A stretch of 29,289 bases of DNA from Pseudomonadota bacterium (GTDB taxonomy: Bacteria; Bdellovibrionota_G; JALEGL01; DATDPG01). Below the pieces are notes generated by a model. The model ran no database searches. It was not told the origin of the DNA and saw nothing but the letters and a program-made list of their open reading frames with translations. The translations under genes were made by a program, and so were the position numbers. Below, piece after piece: positions 26,577-29,289 of this stretch (position 1 is the first letter of the stretch; every line of letters starts with the position of its first letter). Location: positions 1 through 29,289 of the forward strand of contig JAZDIZ010000015.1 in assembly GCA_043804515.1 (NCBI GenBank), read 5' to 3'.

Positions 26577-29059
26577 TTCGCCGTGTCCTTACCGGAAGAC
26601 TCCTGGAAGAACACCACTTTCCCGTCGTCGTCAAATCCGGCGAGAAGGAGATACTTTGCGGCCTTCAGGGCGGGCGCCAGACCCTCCATTGATTTGCGGA
26701 CACCCCCCAGCTTCAAGAGGTTTTTAACCGACACGCCCCGGATCGGGATCGCGGCGTTGACGAACTTGACGCCCGGAAGTGCGATGTCGGCGTCCAGGAT
26801 GCCGTGGGAAACCTGGAACGCGACCTGTGGGTTCTTGAGCGCCGAGGCCACGAACTTGTCATGGAGAAGCCCGCGAACGCGGACGAATGAGGGGTCCTCA
26901 CCTTGCGGGTCCATGTAGGCCAGAAGACGGTCCAGGGCCTGGTCCCCGAGCCGGGTCAGGTGAAAACGCCCCTCCAACTCATCCAGGATCCCCTCTGCCG
27001 AGAGATTCCGGTCCGAACGGATTTTCAGCCCCGCCTGGGCGTCGGCGCTCACGCGTGAATCGCCTGTGAACGGCTCCCGGCTCAACTTGGCCGCGTCCAG
27101 ATCCACGGCCTCGAGGGATGCGGCCAGATCAACCGTGTCTCCCATCGGAATAAGCGTGAACCTTCCCCAAACGGAGCCACCCAAGAGATCGGCCGCGAAC
27201 CGGTTCACGACGAAGTTGCTTCCGTCGAAGCCGGCGTCCACACGCACATGTTCCAAAACGTAGGGAGGTGAATCGATCCGTTGGATGCGCAGGGCATTCG
27301 TATACGGGGATATCGGCTCAAGGTCTTGAAGGAAGGACTGTTTCCAGACCTGGGCGCGGTGGGGGCTCGGGCCGTGGCGGGCGGAAGGCCCCAGCCAGAT
27401 GCGCTTGTCGACCGGAAGCCGGAGGGAAAGGTTCCGGACATCGAAGACTCCCTTTTTGGACGCAAAGAACCGATCCGCCGAAAAATCGGCCTTCAGGTCC
27501 GCCCGGTCCGTACGGGATTTCTCTAGACGGAGACTTCCCTTCAAGGAGCCCGAGACGGTCAAACCGGCCGACAGGCCTTTCGTGCTCCCGGGACTGACGG
27601 AAAAACCGAGAGATAAATCGTGCGTGACATTCTCCCGGAAAACCTTGACGGGCAGCTTGGCGCTTCGGAGTTGCGCGGCCAGTTGGGGAAAGGGCAGGAC
27701 GCTTGAAATCCAGCCTTTTGCATACGCCGACAGGCCTAAAGGACTCACCCGAACGGAGGACTCGGCGCGGGCGTTGTGCTCGTTAACGTCGCAGGACGCT
27801 CTGGCCCGGATGTCGCGTACCTCGTATTCTGCCGGAACGAGGGCTTTGGGCAGATCTTTGGCCTCCAGGCTTGCGTTCAGCCGAAGCTCCATGGGGAACG
27901 CCAGAGACGTGATTTGGGACCGGAGTTCCTTGAATGTCCGGGCTTTGAGGCGGCCGGTCGCGTCAAGCGAGGCGTTCACCGTGGGAAGCTTCGAAGGACC
28001 CTTCGGAAGGGAAAGCAGGAACTTGGTGAGCGGGTCGATCGACGTTCTGGGCGGAATTCTGAGTTCTCCCCGCGCCTGGAACGGCTCCAACCCAAAACGC
28101 TTTATATGGAGAAGGAAGCTTCCTTCAAGAAATCCGGGAAGCCGGACGTGTGCCGACTCGATGTCCATCTCCCCCCGCGACAAATCGGCCCGGGCTTGAA
28201 AGCGCATCGTGAACGGATCGTACGTTCTGCGTAATTCCCCGGCACGGACATCGAGGTCCTTGAGAACGCCGGCGACGGAAATCGACGCCGTGGCATTCCC
28301 CGGCCAATCGGCTTCGATCGAAGCTTCGGCCGAGGCTGCCAGACTCACGTCCATTCCGTGCAGATCGCGCGCCCGAGCGGTGAGCCTGGAAGCCTCGGGT
28401 GTCCGAAATACGGCGTGCCCTCCTTGAGAGCCGGGCATTTTGGTCAGACGAATCTCGCCTTCGACGATCGGGATGGCGATCTCCATGCGTTCGCCGTGGA
28501 TCGACCGCTCGAAATTCCGGATTTCCAGTTTCTGGATCTCGAAGTCGGGCAGATCGTTCCACTTCTCCTGGAGGATCTTCTGAACCTTCGGCCAGATTTG
28601 ATCGATGGGGGTGTTTTGAAAATCGATCGCGGCGAAAAGGTTCGGCTTCGGCTCACTCGGGGGCATCCGTTCCAGGAATCGTTCAAAATTCCACTTCGCG
28701 CCCTTCTGAACGAGCGCGACCGACGGATGGTCGATGAGGATTCGGATTCCCCGCAGCTTCCCGCGCAGGAGAGCGGCCGGATCGTATCGGACATCGATGG
28801 ACTGCACCGACACGAAGGGATCGCCGTCCGGCGATAGACGAAGAGGCCCGATGAAGAGCCGGCCCAGCGGAAACGGCGCGATTCTTCCGATCTCCACGTT
28901 CGAGCCGAGCGCGGCCGACGCGCGAGCCGATACAAGGCGGGCGATCCGTTCCGATGGAAAGAAGAAATAGAACGCCGTCGCGGCCACGGCGAAAAGGAGG
29001 GCGGCCGAAGCCGCGATCCACGCCAGCCAATGGAGGAGCTTTGAAAGCTTCGGGCGCAA
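26573..29059 (-). CDS. AsmA-like / YdbH-like membrane-anchored beta-rich periplasmic protein
   Basis: N-terminal TM helix followed by AsmA/Chorein-N-like 'FFFPSERIARLV...ALGSNVEIGRI...ILIDHPSVALV..GAKWNF'; long run of alternating beta-strands; 'ADLLGGSVWG'; sits directly before a DUF1318 gene as in ydbH-ynbE-ydbL. Confidence 0.72.
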   Translation of the reverse strand: MRPKLSKLLHWLAWIAASAALLFAVAATAFYFFFPSERIARLVSARASAALGSNVEIGRIAPFPLGRLFIGPLRLSPDGDPFVSVQSIDVRYDPAALLRGKLRGIRILIDHPSVALVQKGAKWNFERFLERMPPSEPKPNLFAAIDFQNTPIDQIWPKVQKILQEKWNDLPDFEIQKLEIRNFERSIHGERMEIAIPIVEGEIRLTKMPGSQGGHAVFRTPEASRLTARARDLHGMDVSLAASAEASIEADWPGNATASISVAGVLKDLDVRAGELRRTYDPFTMRFQARADLSRGEMDIESAHVRLPGFLEGSFLLHIKRFGLEPFQARGELRIPPRTSIDPLTKFLLSLPKGPSKLPTVNASLDATGRLKARTFKELRSQITSLAFPMELRLNASLEAKDLPKALVPAEYEVRDIRARASCDVNEHNARAESSVRVSPLGLSAYAKGWISSVLPFPQLAAQLRSAKLPVKVFRENVTHDLSLGFSVSPGSTKGLSAGLTVSGSLKGSLRLEKSRTDRADLKADFSADRFFASKKGVFDVRNLSLRLPVDKRIWLGPSARHGPSPHRAQVWKQSFLQDLEPISPYTNALRIQRIDSPPYVLEHVRVDAGFDGSNFVVNRFAADLLGGSVWGRFTLIPMGDTVDLAASLEAVDLDAAKLSREPFTGDSRVSADAQAGLKIRSDRNLSAEGILDELEGRFHLTRLGDQALDRLLAYMDPQGEDPSFVRVRGLLHDKFVASALKNPQVAFQVSHGILDADIALPGVKFVNAAIPIRGVSVKNLLKLGGVRKSMEGLAPALKAAKYLLLAGFDDDGKVVFFQESSGKDTAK

Positions 29060-29171
29060 GTCGGGACTTTTCTATTACATACCGGCCGCCGAGTCACCTT
29101 AGAGATCCCGGGGTCCGGTTTCCGGAGTCCGTATACCGCTACGGAATCAGTAAGCATTTAAGAGTTAATCC

Positions 29172-29288
29172 TTAATTGTGCATTCTCAGGACGTTGTTCA
29201 TGTGGAGTTGCAGCCTTGAGATGGGTGGCACGTTTCCGAGGCTACCATGGGGTCGTTGGTGGTTGTAGATCTGTAACCAGAGTTTGAG
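29172..29288 (-). CDS. IS481-family transposase, C-terminal 38 aa (truncated by right window edge)
   Basis: Manual translation: LKLWLQIYNHQRPHGSLGNVPPISRLQLHMNNVLRMHN*, matching the IS481 C-terminal signature WL..YN..RPH.SL...PPISRL...NN....H. Confidence 0.9.
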   Translation of the reverse strand, partial: LKLWLQIYNHQRPHGSLGNVPPISRLQLHMNNVLRMHN

Positions 29289-29289
29289 G
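29177..29289 (-). mobile_element. Right end of an IS481-family insertion sequence
   Basis: Terminus TGT at 29177 (TGTGCATTCTCAGGACGTTGTTCA); the transposase reads through the terminal repeat and stops in flanking DNA, as is typical for IS481. Confidence 0.8.

Overview
GC-rich bacterial DNA; gene content suggests a deltaproteobacterial-type (Bdellovibrionota/Myxococcota-like) diderm, which is inference only. Left to right: (1) 5' part of an HNH/DUF222-like gene running off the left edge, missing from the ORF track; (2) priA; (3) a beta-propeller lipoprotein, divergent from a signal-peptide-bearing phosphatidylserine-decarboxylase-family enzyme; (4) a tightly packed minus-strand run SH3 protein - M48 protease - hypothetical - DoxX - addB - addA; (5) a small islet with an orphan secreted protein and a nucleotidyltransferase gene pair; (6) an overlapping three-gene operon: AsmA/YdbH-like protein, DUF1318 (YdbL-like) lipoprotein, and a 2629-aa predicted lipoprotein with a TolB-like propeller, TPR arrays, an apparently dead internal CHAT copy and an intact C-terminal CHAT (caspase-like) protease; (7) the 3' end of an IS481-family element at the right edge, also missing from the ORF track. 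The best candidate for an undescribed system is (6), an extracytoplasmic caspase-like protease coupled to an intermembrane-bridge module. An intergenic TTAATCC heptamer motif occurs three times, and two copies abut probable IS ends. No rRNA, tRNA or CRISPR array was seen. All family assignments come from motif recognition by eye, not database searches.
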